Assembly: GCA_041910055.1 (NCBI GenBank)
Contig: JAYRRP010000004.1
Coordinates: 2,678-66,677 of the forward strand
From: Candidatus Saccharimonadales bacterium
GTDB lineage: Bacteria > Patescibacteriota > Saccharimonadia > Saccharimonadales > JAYRRP01
DNA: 64,000 nucleotides
Reading direction: 5' to 3'
The notes beneath the pieces were generated by a model. That model did not search any database. It saw only the letters and a program-made list of their open reading frames with translations, and had not been told where the DNA came from. Position numbers and translations under genes: made by a program. Numbering within the stretch: the first letter of the stretch is position 1; each line of letters begins with the position of its first letter. This document shows positions 8,181-18,745 of the stretch, piece after piece.

Positions 8181-9502
8181 TCTGAGTGTAATAAATCAAT
8201 TGATAAAGCAGCTGACCAAGAGAACCGTTCGGCACCGGCAGGGCTACCGTCAATTGGTGAGAAGTATTCTCTGAATCCGTGAGACTGCATAAGTTCAAGT
8301 GTGCGCTCTCGAATATGAGCAGCCTCTTCTTGAAAGCCATAACGGCGCAAGCCGTCGTAAATAAGCCAGTTTGTATTACACCAGGTGGGGCCTTGCCAGT
8401 AGGTATGCGGCTTAAACCATGGAGAGTTAAGGGGTACGGTAGGTACTGGAAAAGCAGCGCCGAATAGATGGGGATCATGCATGAGCTGGACTAGCTTGGT
8501 GGCTTGTTCCTTGGAGATACTACCGGCGTAGAGTGGTAGCAAAGTGGCGATACTCGGCACTTTAATAAGTGTATGGGTGACGAAATTCCTTGAAAAATAT
8601 TGTCCTGCATAAGGATCCCATAAACTCTCGAGTGCGTGACGTGTCTGGTCTATGCGCGTGTGCAGCTCTTTCGGCAAAGGACGACGAATTGTTTTAGCAA
8701 TGGCAACGAGGTGTTCGTTCGCTCGTACCAGCACAGAGTTAAAAACCAGGTCTTCTATAAGAAATACCGAATGAGGCAGGATTTGGTTGATATCGTACGA
8801 CTTACGCCGCAGGCGCCGTTGAATACTAAAAAAGGCCAGCGCGTCGATATTCTCTAACCGTTCGACTGCGGGTACGTATTTTATGTCACGCCGAACAAAA
8901 TTAGCTAACCAAAGTAGACGACTCATTTTAAGGCCACGGATCCACCACGGAAGGAGATGTTGATGAAGTTCATACATCCATGGCGGCGTATTATCAAGCC
9001 CTGTCTCCCAAGGGTGTATTTGTAAAGTAAGCCCTTCTTGGTGAGGGTCACGTTCACGGTAGAGCCATTGATGGTAGGCAAGCAAAGGTGAAAAAACGGT
9101 TTTATACCAAGTGCGTCGTTCTGGCAAGGAAAGCTTTTCGCCAATACGGACGATGGCCTCGGCCAACATTGGTGGCTGGGTAATACCACTTGTTGCTACC
9201 CGATCTGGTGCTTGTGGGCTAAGCCAACTGCGCCAGATATTATGATCGGGGGAAAAACTTTTATGGTCAGCAAAAAGCACATGTGGAACCATCCCGTTGT
9301 GCCACTGGCCGGTCAAGAGATGCAATAATTCGGTTTGAGCACGCTTGATGTCGTAATGGCTTAATCCAATGGCAATAAAACAGCTATCCCACAGCCACTG
9401 GTGAGGATAGAGGCCATGTGCAGGCATAGTGTACTGGCCACGGTTATTATCTTTGAGGACAGCTTTGGCTTGGTTGAGCAGTTGATCAGTGTTTATTTGC
9501 AT
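8177..9502 (-). CDS. (alpha/alpha)6-barrel glycoside hydrolase, GH63/MGH1-like
   Basis: YPHQWLWDSCF, HPWETGLDN and YWQGPTWCNTNW motifs resemble the GH63/glucosylglycerate-mannosylglycerate hydrolase-like families. Family assignment is from memory, not a search. Confidence 0.55.
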   Translation of the reverse strand: MQINTDQLLNQAKAVLKDNNRGQYTMPAHGLYPHQWLWDSCFIAIGLSHYDIKRAQTELLHLLTGQWHNGMVPHVLFADHKSFSPDHNIWRSWLSPQAPDRVATSGITQPPMLAEAIVRIGEKLSLPERRTWYKTVFSPLLAYHQWLYRERDPHQEGLTLQIHPWETGLDNTPPWMYELHQHLLPWWIRGLKMSRLLWLANFVRRDIKYVPAVERLENIDALAFFSIQRRLRRKSYDINQILPHSVFLIEDLVFNSVLVRANEHLVAIAKTIRRPLPKELHTRIDQTRHALESLWDPYAGQYFSRNFVTHTLIKVPSIATLLPLYAGSISKEQATKLVQLMHDPHLFGAAFPVPTVPLNSPWFKPHTYWQGPTWCNTNWLIYDGLRRYGFQEEAAHIRERTLELMQSHGFREYFSPIDGSPAGAERFSWSAALSIDLLHSD

Positions 9503-9540
9503 TCCTTGGTTATGCTTAGCTTTGCACGTATTATTGTACT

Positions 9541-10041
9541 ATGCGAAAAAATTCCAAAACCCAAAGTGCACTTTTACGGTTTCTATTAAAAATCACCGCC
9601 ATGCCTGGCTATTGCTTGTGGTTATTCCACTGGCTAGTAGTTGGTTTAGTCGGCCTTATATTAGTAGCTGACTTTTTGCACCGAAACATAGGAAGTGCGT
9701 ATTCTACTCAATCAGAACAGACTGTTCATTTTAGCCTTGTAGCCAATAGCACTGCTGATGGCGTTATTTTTATTGTTGTAAGCCTTGTCTTTTGGTACTT
9801 TGCTTCGCGTATTAGCCACAGGTTTATCGATCTATTAGCTCATTCTCAACTTAAAAGGAAACAGGCGATAAAATTTGGCGGATTGCTCTCTGGGTCCTTA
9901 ATAATCTTGGCATTTTTAGTCGTGCAGGGTGTGTCAAAAGCTGCTGTCTCGCTAATTTGCGCTGTAACACTTTTTGGTTGTTGTAGTTTCTGGGTAGAAA
10001 AATCACTGGCCTACCGCTGGAAGTTGCAGAGCGAGCTCTAA
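9541..10041 (+). CDS. Hypothetical membrane protein (about 4 TM)
   Basis: Longest ORF in the gap. Hydrophobic helices. Promoter-like TTGGTT-17-TATTAT ends 6 nt before the ATG. Confidence 0.6.
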   Translation: MRKNSKTQSALLRFLLKITAMPGYCLWLFHWLVVGLVGLILVADFLHRNIGSAYSTQSEQTVHFSLVANSTADGVIFIVVSLVFWYFASRISHRFIDLLAHSQLKRKQAIKFGGLLSGSLIILAFLVVQGVSKAAVSLICAVTLFGCCSFWVEKSLAYRWKLQSEL

Positions 10042-10269
10042 GTTAAGCTACAAATATACTTGTTGTGTAGTAGGACACCTAGTTTTGTCATAAGTTTCAC
10101 AGTCTTCCTTTTCAATTGCAATGGATTCTTTCGTGCAGGCGACATTTACATAGGTGCCATTGTACCTTCACCAGATAAACTATGAAGGGGATATCCCTAC
10201 CTAGATATTCTAGGTAGTCCAGCATTATGAGATTTTATGCTGTTGACTTGATATAATTAATAGCAAATC

Positions 10270-11307
10270 ATGCACTACCAGAACCCACAGATTGCGGCCG
10301 TTGCAGAGCTTTTAAAAGAGCGTATCTCTTCCAGCAATGAACCACAAAAAGTATTGAGAGCCCCTGAGCTGCGCAGCTTGTTTGATCAGCTTAAGAGTAC
10401 ACCAGCTGAGACAAGAGCTTCATTTGGGAAAGAGTTAAACCAACTAAAAACTGAACTTGCGGCAATGTTAACTACAAAAGCTGATGAGACTACCTCTCTA
10501 AGCAGTATAGACATTACATCTCCTTTTGACGTGAATACTCCACCAGCATTACGGCCTCATTTACTGCCGGCTGAGCAGGGAAGCATTCACCCGCTAATGA
10601 GTGAACTAAGCCGTATTCTTGATATCTTTTACCGGATGGGGTTTCAAGCAGTAGAATCCCGACAGATAGATGATGATTACCATATGTTTGAATCATTGAA
10701 CTTCCCACCTGGCCACCCCGCGCGGGATGATTTTGATACGTTTACTACTGTTGAGGGACTTATCGCGCCAGCACACACCAGTACCATGCAAAACAGGTTG
10801 TTAAAGGCTTACAAGTCCAAGCTGGACGATGGTGAAGCTATCCGTGTGGTTATTCCAGGCCGGGTGTTCCGTAATGAGGACCTTGATGCTCGCCACGAAC
10901 ATACGTTTTATCAGTTGGAAGGTGTGTATGTGGGGGAGGGGGTGAATGTAGGACATTTGCTGGCAACCTTACAGACATTTCTTCAGGAGTATTATCAACA
11001 AGAGTTAGCGGTGAAAACCCAGCCATATTATTTCCCTTTCACCGAGCCAAGTTTTGAATTTGCATTGAGCTGTCCGTTTTGCAAACAAAAAGGTTGCAAA
11101 GTCTGTAGCCACACTGGCTGGATTGAGCTATTGGGTTGCGGTTTGATTCATCCTAGAGTGCTGGAAATGGCAAATATTGACTCGAAACGCTACACCGGGT
11201 TTGCCTGGGGGGTTGGCATTGACCGTTTGGTAATGATGAAATACGACCTTGATGATATTCGTCACTTTGAATCCGGCAAGTTAAATTTCTTGAGGCAGTT
11301 TACATGA
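10270..11307 (+). CDS. pheS: Phenylalanine-tRNA ligase alpha subunit
   Basis: FRNEDLDARHEHTFYQLEG and GFAWGVGIDRL class II motifs. Firmicute-type CxxC..CxxC insertion (SCPFCKQKGCKVCSHTGW). Confidence 0.95.
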   Translation: MHYQNPQIAAVAELLKERISSSNEPQKVLRAPELRSLFDQLKSTPAETRASFGKELNQLKTELAAMLTTKADETTSLSSIDITSPFDVNTPPALRPHLLPAEQGSIHPLMSELSRILDIFYRMGFQAVESRQIDDDYHMFESLNFPPGHPARDDFDTFTTVEGLIAPAHTSTMQNRLLKAYKSKLDDGEAIRVVIPGRVFRNEDLDARHEHTFYQLEGVYVGEGVNVGHLLATLQTFLQEYYQQELAVKTQPYYFPFTEPSFEFALSCPFCKQKGCKVCSHTGWIELLGCGLIHPRVLEMANIDSKRYTGFAWGVGIDRLVMMKYDLDDIRHFESGKLNFLRQFT

Positions 11308-13823
11308 AAGTCTCTCGCAATTGGCTGCGTAAATTGACGACACTGCCTGAAAAGGATGAGCTACTGGTCGAAAAAATTGGTGCGCAACTGGGAGCCGTTG
11401 ATGCAGTAATTGACTACGGTAAACGCTTTCACAGTCTTCAAGCGGTTAAGGTGGTATCATGTCAAAAACACCCGAATGCTGATAATTTGCAGGTTTGCAA
11501 TATCGATACAGGAGGAACTGCCGCTCACATTAACCTTGCTAATGAGCAAGGCCATATCCAGGTTGTTTGCGGTGCCCCTAATGTCGCGGCCGGGCAAATT
11601 GCCGTTTGGGTACCGCCTGGCGCCATTGTGCCGAATACAGCGGGTGGTGACGAGTTTAGGATTGAAACACGTGAGATTAGAGGCATAAAAAGTCATGGTA
11701 TGCTTGCCAGTCCTCATGAGCTAGGTTTTAGTGAAGATCACCAGGGTATTCTCTTGTTGCCGGCTGATACTGCGCCCGGGACTCCACTGTCAGACATTTA
11801 TGAACTCGATGATATTATCATCGACATTGAAAACAAAATGTTCACTCACCGACCGGATTGTTTTGGAGTGTTGGGGGTAGCCCGTGAAGTGGCTGGTATT
11901 ACTGGCACTGCCTTCCATTCGCCGGATTGGTATCTTCAGCCGATTGAGTTGTTGACAGGCGAGGATAGTCTGTCGCTAGAAATAAATAATAGTGTGAGTA
12001 AGTTAACACCGCGGTTTATAGCTGCCGCTATCAAGGGCGTCCAAATAAAATCAAGCCCGGTAGGTTTACAAAGCTATTTATCTCGTCTTGGCGTGAAGCC
12101 CATCAATAATGTCGTTGATATAACGAATTACTATATGCTTCTGACCGGCCAACCTCTACACGCCTATGATTATGACAAGCTTAAAGCAATTGATGGATCC
12201 GACAACCAAGTGCCTTGCCTAACAATCCGGGCAGCAGACGATGGTGAACAACTTCGCTTGCTTGGCGGCAAATACGTGAAACTCTTATCATCTGATATTG
12301 TGATTGCTAGCCGTACGCGTCCAGTTGGTCTAGGCGGTATTATGGGTGGCGCTGATACCGAAGTTGATGCATCTACCAAGAATATTGTGCTGGAATGCGC
12401 TAATTTTGATATGTATGCGACGCGTCGAACTGCCATGCGTCTTGGGCTATTCACTGAAGCTGCTACTCGGTTTACGAAGCACCAATCACCACTACAGAAT
12501 GACCGCGTTTTTCATAAAGTAGCTCAGGATATTCTCAAATCTGCCAACGGGCAACTTGCCAGTGAGGTTTATGATGAAACGGCCAATAAACTACCACCTC
12601 TAGGTTCAGTGCAGACGACCGCATCATTTATTAGTGATCGATTGGGCTTAAAACTTTCGCCTGAAGATGTAGCCAGTAAGTTAAGGAACGTAGAATTCAA
12701 CGTGGCTGTTGAAGAAGAAAATCTAAGGATAGATGCACCATTTTGGCGGACTGATATCCATATTGAGGAAGATATTGTCGAAGAGGTGGGACGGTTAATC
12801 GGCTATGACCATCTTTCGGTAGAACTGCCGCAGCGAAGTATAAAACCTGCACCGAAAAATGAATGGCTCGAAATGAAGGACAGCATTCGGGATATCCTTC
12901 GGCGAGCAGGTGGCAGTGAGGTCCTAACTTATTCGTTTGTCCATGGTGGTTTATTGGAAAAAACCGGCCAGGATCCAAAGCTGGCTTTCCAGTTGAGTAA
13001 CGCCCTGAGCCCTGATTTACAATTTTATCGTCTCAGTCTTACCCCCAGCTTACTTGAAAAGCTAGTTGCGAATCACAAGGCTGGATTTCGCGAATTTGGC
13101 TTGTTCGAACTAAACAAGACACACTGCAAACAGGAGCTTGGTGAGGATGATTTGCCTCTGGAAAGTGAGCGAGTCGCAGCAGTCTGCACCATGCAAGCTG
13201 AAGAGCCAGCAAAAAGGGGTGCTCCTTATTATCAGGCAAAATATCTGCTGGAGTTCCTACTGAAGCAGTTAGGGGTGAAAACACCCAAGTGGATAGCACT
13301 CTCCGACTATACACCCAGTGCAGGTAATGAGATGCAGCTACTGGCACCTTATGAGCCTCGCCGTGCCGCTGTACTGACAATAAATGACGGGCAGATGCTG
13401 GGAGTTGTTGGTGAATTCGCGATGAGCGCACGCCGGCAGTTGAAACTGCCCAGTCGCAGCAGTGGCTTTGAAGTTTATTTATCTTCTTTAAAGGAAGGAA
13501 AGAGCTCTAACCTTTATGTCCCTCTGTCACGATTTCCTTCGGCGGAACAGGATATTAGTTTCCGGGTGAAACCAGAAGTGTCTTTTGGTGAGCTGTCGCA
13601 CACTATGCAGGATGGGCTTATAAAAGCTCAAGCGGATCATGGTTATAGTTTTGTGATGACACCTTTAGACATTTATCTTTCTGATGATCGTCAGGAAAAA
13701 CATGTAGCTTTTCGTATTCGGCTTACGCATGCCCAACGAACACTTACGACTGATGAAACAAATCGTCTTTTGGAAAGCCTAGCTGCGGATATGCAGCAAA
13801 TCCATCACGCCGAGCGACTTTAA
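11304..13823 (+). CDS. pheT: Phenylalanine-tRNA ligase beta subunit
   Basis: ATGA overlap with pheS. N-terminal tRNA-binding OB region, B3/4-B5 core, C-terminal FDX-ACB-like domain. 839 aa. Confidence 0.93.
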   Translation: MKVSRNWLRKLTTLPEKDELLVEKIGAQLGAVDAVIDYGKRFHSLQAVKVVSCQKHPNADNLQVCNIDTGGTAAHINLANEQGHIQVVCGAPNVAAGQIAVWVPPGAIVPNTAGGDEFRIETREIRGIKSHGMLASPHELGFSEDHQGILLLPADTAPGTPLSDIYELDDIIIDIENKMFTHRPDCFGVLGVAREVAGITGTAFHSPDWYLQPIELLTGEDSLSLEINNSVSKLTPRFIAAAIKGVQIKSSPVGLQSYLSRLGVKPINNVVDITNYYMLLTGQPLHAYDYDKLKAIDGSDNQVPCLTIRAADDGEQLRLLGGKYVKLLSSDIVIASRTRPVGLGGIMGGADTEVDASTKNIVLECANFDMYATRRTAMRLGLFTEAATRFTKHQSPLQNDRVFHKVAQDILKSANGQLASEVYDETANKLPPLGSVQTTASFISDRLGLKLSPEDVASKLRNVEFNVAVEEENLRIDAPFWRTDIHIEEDIVEEVGRLIGYDHLSVELPQRSIKPAPKNEWLEMKDSIRDILRRAGGSEVLTYSFVHGGLLEKTGQDPKLAFQLSNALSPDLQFYRLSLTPSLLEKLVANHKAGFREFGLFELNKTHCKQELGEDDLPLESERVAAVCTMQAEEPAKRGAPYYQAKYLLEFLLKQLGVKTPKWIALSDYTPSAGNEMQLLAPYEPRRAAVLTINDGQMLGVVGEFAMSARRQLKLPSRSSGFEVYLSSLKEGKSSNLYVPLSRFPSAEQDISFRVKPEVSFGELSHTMQDGLIKAQADHGYSFVMTPLDIYLSDDRQEKHVAFRIRLTHAQRTLTTDETNRLLESLAADMQQIHHAERL

Positions 13824-13858
13824 TGTTGGATTGACAGGGGCATTATGCTTGTGCTTGA

Positions 13859-14431
13859 ATGGTTTTTAAGATGCCTCAAAAACAAACCGCCGGTGGCCAA
13901 AACCAACTCTCCAATACCACGGTGGGACTAGCCAGGGCACATTTTTTATTTGTCGCAGTCTATGTAGCAGTTATTATTGCCTCAGACGCCTGGAACCTTA
14001 TTGTCCCGGAAGTGGTGCTTCAACGATGGACTCTGGCGGCAGTTATGTTGAGTGTCAGCGCGGTGGTATGGTATGCCGGCCGTAATAAAGTGCGTGGACA
14101 ATGGTTTTATACATGCCTCATCTTTGCCCTGGTATTAATGGATATTGCCGTCGCTGCTATTAGCGTCTATATGCAACGCGGCATGGCCAGCCGCAGCGTT
14201 ATGCTTTTTGCGGTGCCTATCGCAGTGGCGGCAGCATTACGGAGCCGAGCTGCTATATATGCCACCGCGACCGTCTCATCAGCTGCGTACACCTTGGCCG
14301 CTGTGCGTTATTTTGTACTGCACTTTAATGAAGGCTACAAGGCAGAACTATACACTGAGACATTATTTTACACCGGAGTGTTCTTCGTCCTAGCGACTAT
14401 ACTTTGGGTGGCAGTCCGTCCGCGGCCCTAA
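13859..14431 (+). CDS. Hypothetical 5-TM membrane protein
   Basis: ORF with five hydrophobic segments. No recognisable catalytic motif. Confidence 0.6.
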   Translation: MVFKMPQKQTAGGQNQLSNTTVGLARAHFLFVAVYVAVIIASDAWNLIVPEVVLQRWTLAAVMLSVSAVVWYAGRNKVRGQWFYTCLIFALVLMDIAVAAISVYMQRGMASRSVMLFAVPIAVAAALRSRAAIYATATVSSAAYTLAAVRYFVLHFNEGYKAELYTETLFYTGVFFVLATILWVAVRPRP

Positions 14432-14492
14432 TTCTTCTCTTGTCTTTCTATCATTGCGTGATACTTAAGGAACCCCTTACAATGATAAAAGC

Positions 14493-16265
14493 ATGAAATA
14501 TATTTGGCGGATTATCCGCTTTACTTCTCGTCTGTGGCGTTACTACGTTGCCATTGGGGTGGTAACGGTGTTAATCGCACTTTCTAACCTACTCATTCCT
14601 TTGCTTACCGGTTGGGCGATTGATGAAATGCGTCGTGGCGCTGCCTCAAACCTGTCGCGCCTGGTCTGGCTGGCGGTAGCAATTATGGTGGTTGATCTAC
14701 TGAATAATCTGCTAAACAACTTTGGTGGTTATTTGGGAGACCAAATGTCGGAGAGACTTTATCGCCTGCTTGGTACGCGTTACTACCAGCATCTTTTATC
14801 TCTGCCTCAGCAATTCTTTGATCGCGAGTTAAGCGGCAAGATTATAAATCGTCTGAACCGTTCGATTGTCCAGATTTCAAATTTTATGCAGATGATGAGC
14901 AACAACTTCTTGCAGTTCATCTTTAGTACGATATTTTCTCTGGCAATAGTTGCTTTCTATAGCTGGCCAGTTGCAGCGCTTTTGTTTAGCCTCTATCCCA
15001 TTTACATATGGATGACGGTACGGACAAGTGGAAAATGGATGGGATACCAGGAAAAGAAAAATAAAAACCTGGATATAGCTACTGGTCGTTTTGCAGAGGC
15101 AATTGGTCAGATTAAAGTAGTCAAAAGTTTTCTTCAGGAGCGACGCGAGCTACAGTTTTTTGATCGTCACATTAAGAAAGTGGTGGCAATCAATCAACCA
15201 CAGTCAAAGCTGTGGCATAGCCGAGATATTCAGCGGCGTTTATTCTTAAATGTGGTTTTCTTTGGCGTTTTCCTGTTGATATTTATTCAAGGTGCGAAAG
15301 GAGTCTTTACTCCCGGCCAGGCGGTGGCCCTTATCCTCTATGCCATGCAGATTCGTATTCCCATATTTACGATTAGCTTTTTGGTGGAAAACACCCAACG
15401 GGCGGTAGCGGACAGTAAGGATTATTTTGAGATGATGAATATTTTACCGGCAATTACCGACCAGCAAGGTGCCTTACCGCTCCGAATCCAGCAAGGGGTT
15501 ATTGAGTTTTGCAAGGTAAGTTTTGCCTATGATAATGAAAAGAAAGTCCTGAATGACATTAGCTTCAAGGTTCACCCCTCAACAAAAATAGCTTTGGTGG
15601 GTGAAAGCGGTGAAGGCAAGACAACGATAACCAACTTACTTTTACGCTTGTATGAGCCTGAAGCCGGCAAGATTCTAATCGACGATCAGGATATTCAAGC
15701 TGTTACTCAGACTTCATTGCGGGAATCAATTGGCATTGTCTTTCAGGATCCGGCACTCTTCAGCGGTTCTATTAAAGAAAATATTGCCTACGCTAACCCA
15801 AATGCGACAGAGGAAGAAGTGATAGCAGCCGCCAAAGCTGCCAATGCCCACGAATTTATTAGTAAGTTTGAAAGAAGTTATCACACCGAAATAGGGGAGC
15901 GGGGGTTAAAGCTTAGTGGTGGACAAAAACAGCGCATTGCTATTGCGCGGGCGCTACTAAAAGATGCGCCGATTCTAGTTCTGGATGAAGCAACAAGCAG
16001 TCTAGATAGCCGCAGTGAGGCAGCGGTACAGGATGCACTAGAGCGACTTATGAAGGGGCGGACTACCCTTATCATCGCCCACCGCTTAAGTACTATCCAG
16101 AACGTCGATATGATTGTAACCCTCCGCGGAGGCCGAGTTGCCGAGGTTGGTACGCCGGCCGAATTAGAAGCGAGCGGCGGAATATATGCTAAATTGCTTA
16201 AATTACAACGTGGCCGGTCTGAGGAAACCAAGAAACAACTGAAAGCCTACGAGCTGGCTGCTTAA
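14493..16265 (+). CDS. ABC exporter, fused permease/ATPase (MsbA/multidrug type)
   Basis: 6-TM N-terminal half. Walker A GESGEGKTT, signature LSGGQKQR, Walker B ILVLDEATS. Confidence 0.9.
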   Translation: MKYIWRIIRFTSRLWRYYVAIGVVTVLIALSNLLIPLLTGWAIDEMRRGAASNLSRLVWLAVAIMVVDLLNNLLNNFGGYLGDQMSERLYRLLGTRYYQHLLSLPQQFFDRELSGKIINRLNRSIVQISNFMQMMSNNFLQFIFSTIFSLAIVAFYSWPVAALLFSLYPIYIWMTVRTSGKWMGYQEKKNKNLDIATGRFAEAIGQIKVVKSFLQERRELQFFDRHIKKVVAINQPQSKLWHSRDIQRRLFLNVVFFGVFLLIFIQGAKGVFTPGQAVALILYAMQIRIPIFTISFLVENTQRAVADSKDYFEMMNILPAITDQQGALPLRIQQGVIEFCKVSFAYDNEKKVLNDISFKVHPSTKIALVGESGEGKTTITNLLLRLYEPEAGKILIDDQDIQAVTQTSLRESIGIVFQDPALFSGSIKENIAYANPNATEEEVIAAAKAANAHEFISKFERSYHTEIGERGLKLSGGQKQRIAIARALLKDAPILVLDEATSSLDSRSEAAVQDALERLMKGRTTLIIAHRLSTIQNVDMIVTLRGGRVAEVGTPAELEASGGIYAKLLKLQRGRSEETKKQLKAYELAA

Positions 16266-16340
16266 CTATAAAGCTTGGGTTTGGTATGGGAGGTTTGATT
16301 TAGGGTATAATACGAGATTGAAACGAAAAATGGAGGAAAC

Positions 16341-16910
16341 ATGACAAAATTGCCTACACGGGCAGCAGCTTTAATTGGAGCAGGTCTATTTTTGGTTACA
16401 TCGCTCGGTTTTAGCGGCCTAGTGATATGGCAGATGGTCAAAGAGCACAACCAAAACAAAACATCACAATCAGCTCAGGATGCTTTAAATAAAAATAACC
16501 CTGAGGCAGCTAATAATAACGAATCAAAGGAGGGAAAATTGGAAGGCACGAAATTAGCGGATTTTACACCCGTCGCTAAAGTTGAAACGCTTCAGAAAAT
16601 TGATACCACTCCTGGCACGGGACAAGAGGTGAAAGCCGGCGATACCGTTACCGCCCATTACACGGGTGCGGTGGCGGCCACAGGAGTGATTTTCCAGAGC
16701 TCTCATGACAGCGGCGAACCCATTCCTTTTAGTCTGAACCAGGTGATTCAGGGCTGGAAAGAAGGAGTGCCAGGAATGAAAGCCGGTGGCAAAAGGCGAC
16801 TGCTTATCCCGGCTGCGATGGCCTATGGTGCTTCGCCACCTTCTGGCTCAAATATTCCACCGAATGCCGACCTTGTATTTGATATTGAACTCGTTAAAGT
16901 CGGTCAATAA
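16341..16910 (+). CDS. Membrane-anchored FKBP-type peptidyl-prolyl isomerase
   Basis: N-terminal TM plus a low-complexity linker. FKBP core VTAHYTG..FQSSHDSGEPIPFSLNQVIQGWKEG..GGKRRLLIPAAMAYG. Confidence 0.88.
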   Translation: MTKLPTRAAALIGAGLFLVTSLGFSGLVIWQMVKEHNQNKTSQSAQDALNKNNPEAANNNESKEGKLEGTKLADFTPVAKVETLQKIDTTPGTGQEVKAGDTVTAHYTGAVAATGVIFQSSHDSGEPIPFSLNQVIQGWKEGVPGMKAGGKRRLLIPAAMAYGASPPSGSNIPPNADLVFDIELVKVGQ

Positions 16911-16935
16911 CGTAAAAAACACAATATATAGCGTC

Positions 16936-16964
16936 TTGCCTAAAACTTGTACACTATATACAAT
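16936..16964 (+). promoter_or_regulatory. Sigma70-like promoter of the NrdH-like gene
   Basis: TTGCCT (16936-16941), 17 nt, TACAAT (16959-16964). SD AAAGGAG downstream. Confidence 0.5.
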
Positions 16965-17002
16965 AAACGAAAGCATAAAAAGTCAAAAAGGAGCACTCAC
17001 AA

Positions 17003-17254
17003 ATGCCGAAGAATATTACTATTTTTACCACTAATACCTGCGGATACTGCGTTATGGTAAAGAAGTGGCTGAATTCAAAAGGGCTTCGGTATGAAGAGGT
17101 GAACTTAGACGAGCACCCAGATCGTCAAGCAGAGGCTTTACAGGTAAGTGGACAATTAGCGGTGCCAGTCACTGTAGTAACGCGTGCTGACGATTCCCGG
17201 GAAGTTGTCGTGGGTTATAATTTAGCTAAATTGGCACCCGCGGTTGTTTCGTAG
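17003..17254 (+). CDS. Glutaredoxin-like protein (NrdH/Grx family)
   Basis: 83 aa. CGYC redox motif near the N-terminus. Thioredoxin-fold length. Confidence 0.8.
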   Translation: MPKNITIFTTNTCGYCVMVKKWLNSKGLRYEEVNLDEHPDRQAEALQVSGQLAVPVTVVTRADDSREVVVGYNLAKLAPAVVS

Positions 17255-17308
17255 TAGCAGACTGACTAGTAAAATCAGAACGTACAATTTGGGATGAAAA
17301 TATAAGCT

Positions 17309-18265
17309 ATGAGTGATAAAAAAAAGATCTGGGATGTCATTATGATTGGCGCAGGACCAGCCGCGCTGGCCGCTGCCATTTATACCACGCGTGAAGATAT
17401 CTCAACACTGCTTTTTGAAAAGGGAGTAATAGGTGGACTGGCTGCTATCACAGACTGGATTGATAACTACCCAGGATTTCCGAGAGGAGTGGCCGGGTTG
17501 GAGCTAGCTGAAAATTTGAATCAACAAGCAGAGCGCTTTGGTGCTAAGATTGAGCTTGGTGAAGTACAGAAGATAACTGACGAGAAAGGCATAAAAGTCC
17601 TTGATACCACAAGTGGTGAGTTTCGAGCCAAGACGATATTAATCGCCACGGGCAGTGATTATAAGAAGATTGGCGTACCGGGTGAGCAAGAGTTTTATGG
17701 ACGTGGTGTTCACTATTGTGCGACTTGTGACGGTGCTTTTTATCGCAACAAGCGTTTAGTAGTGGTGGGCGGAGGAAATTCGGCCGTACAAGAAGCAATT
17801 TTCTTAACGCGGTTTGCGAGCTCAATTGACATTTTAGTACGCAAAGACCATTTTCGGGCTTCAGACGTACTCCAGAAAGAACTCGAGAAATATGCTGATA
17901 AGATTAAGGTGCATTTTAGTACCACGACTGATGAAATTATTGGCAAAGATGGCCAAGTAACTGAGGTACTGGGTACTGACACCACTACGAAGAAAACGGT
18001 TCGGTTTCCCACTGATGGGGTTTTTGTGTTTGTAGGTTTATCTCCAAACACCGGTTTTTTGGCTCATTCTCCAATTCAACTTGATCAGCAAGGCTTTGTG
18101 GTGACGAACAATGAGCTGCAAACCTCAATGCCGGGTGTATTTGCAGCCGGTGATGTGCGTTCAGGTGCCACTATGCAGATTGCCAGCGCCAGTGGTGAGG
18201 GTGCCACTGCAGCACTTATGATGCGCAAGTATCTAGAAGATCCTTCAGGCAGTCAAGAGGCTTAA
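17309..18265 (+). CDS. trxB: Thioredoxin-disulfide reductase
   Basis: GAGPAA FAD motif, redox CATCDG, NADPH motif GGGNSAVQEA. Confidence 0.92.
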   Translation: MSDKKKIWDVIMIGAGPAALAAAIYTTREDISTLLFEKGVIGGLAAITDWIDNYPGFPRGVAGLELAENLNQQAERFGAKIELGEVQKITDEKGIKVLDTTSGEFRAKTILIATGSDYKKIGVPGEQEFYGRGVHYCATCDGAFYRNKRLVVVGGGNSAVQEAIFLTRFASSIDILVRKDHFRASDVLQKELEKYADKIKVHFSTTTDEIIGKDGQVTEVLGTDTTTKKTVRFPTDGVFVFVGLSPNTGFLAHSPIQLDQQGFVVTNNELQTSMPGVFAAGDVRSGATMQIASASGEGATAALMMRKYLEDPSGSQEA

Positions 18266-18294
18266 GGCGTACAATAAAAAGGGGAGGTGCTGGA

Positions 18295-18744
18295 ATGAAA
18301 AAGGTGGCAGTAATATTGATTGTGGTGTTAATTGTTGGTGCGGCAGGTTGGTGGGTGATATTGAAACAAAAGGCGCAAAACCCGACAAAGGGTGCCTCTA
18401 ATCAAGAAACAGCAATTCATGAGCAGACTATGAACTCGTCAACGAGCAATGGCTCAGCTTCTGCTTCTAAGCAGCAGGCCGCGGAAACGGATACGGTGTC
18501 TATCGCGAACTATGCGTATGGCCCACCCAAAATAAAGGTCAAGAAGGGCACAAAAGTTACCTGGACAAATAAAGACACTGTTGGACATACTGTAACATCA
18601 GATGATGATAGCAAAGAGGTGATTAATAGTCCTCTGCTTGAAAAAGACCAATTTTTTTCTTACACCTTCAATCAAACTGGCACTTTCAATTACCACTGTC
18701 AACCTCACCCTTATATGAAGGGAAGTGTGGAAGTCGTCGAGTAA
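18295..18744 (+). CDS. Membrane-anchored type 1 (blue) copper protein, amicyanin/plastocyanin-like cupredoxin
   Basis: N-terminal TM and a Ser-rich linker. Ligand pattern GHTVT ... YHCQPHPYMKGSVEVVE (C-x2-H-x2-M, as in amicyanin YHCTPHPFM). Confidence 0.8.
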   Translation: MKKVAVILIVVLIVGAAGWWVILKQKAQNPTKGASNQETAIHEQTMNSSTSNGSASASKQQAAETDTVSIANYAYGPPKIKVKKGTKVTWTNKDTVGHTVTSDDDSKEVINSPLLEKDQFFSYTFNQTGTFNYHCQPHPYMKGSVEVVE

Positions 18745-18745
18745 G

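Noticed and set aside
10038-10145. 35-aa basic minus-strand ORF in the 228-bp gap before pheS
   Set aside because: It has no SD or promoter signal and overlaps the end of the upstream gene. It is too short to evaluate.
10042-10269. T-box leader upstream of pheS (also considered upstream of tyrS, 63017-63136)
   Set aside because: No T-box sequence or specifier/antiterminator architecture is visible. The tyrS gap is too short.
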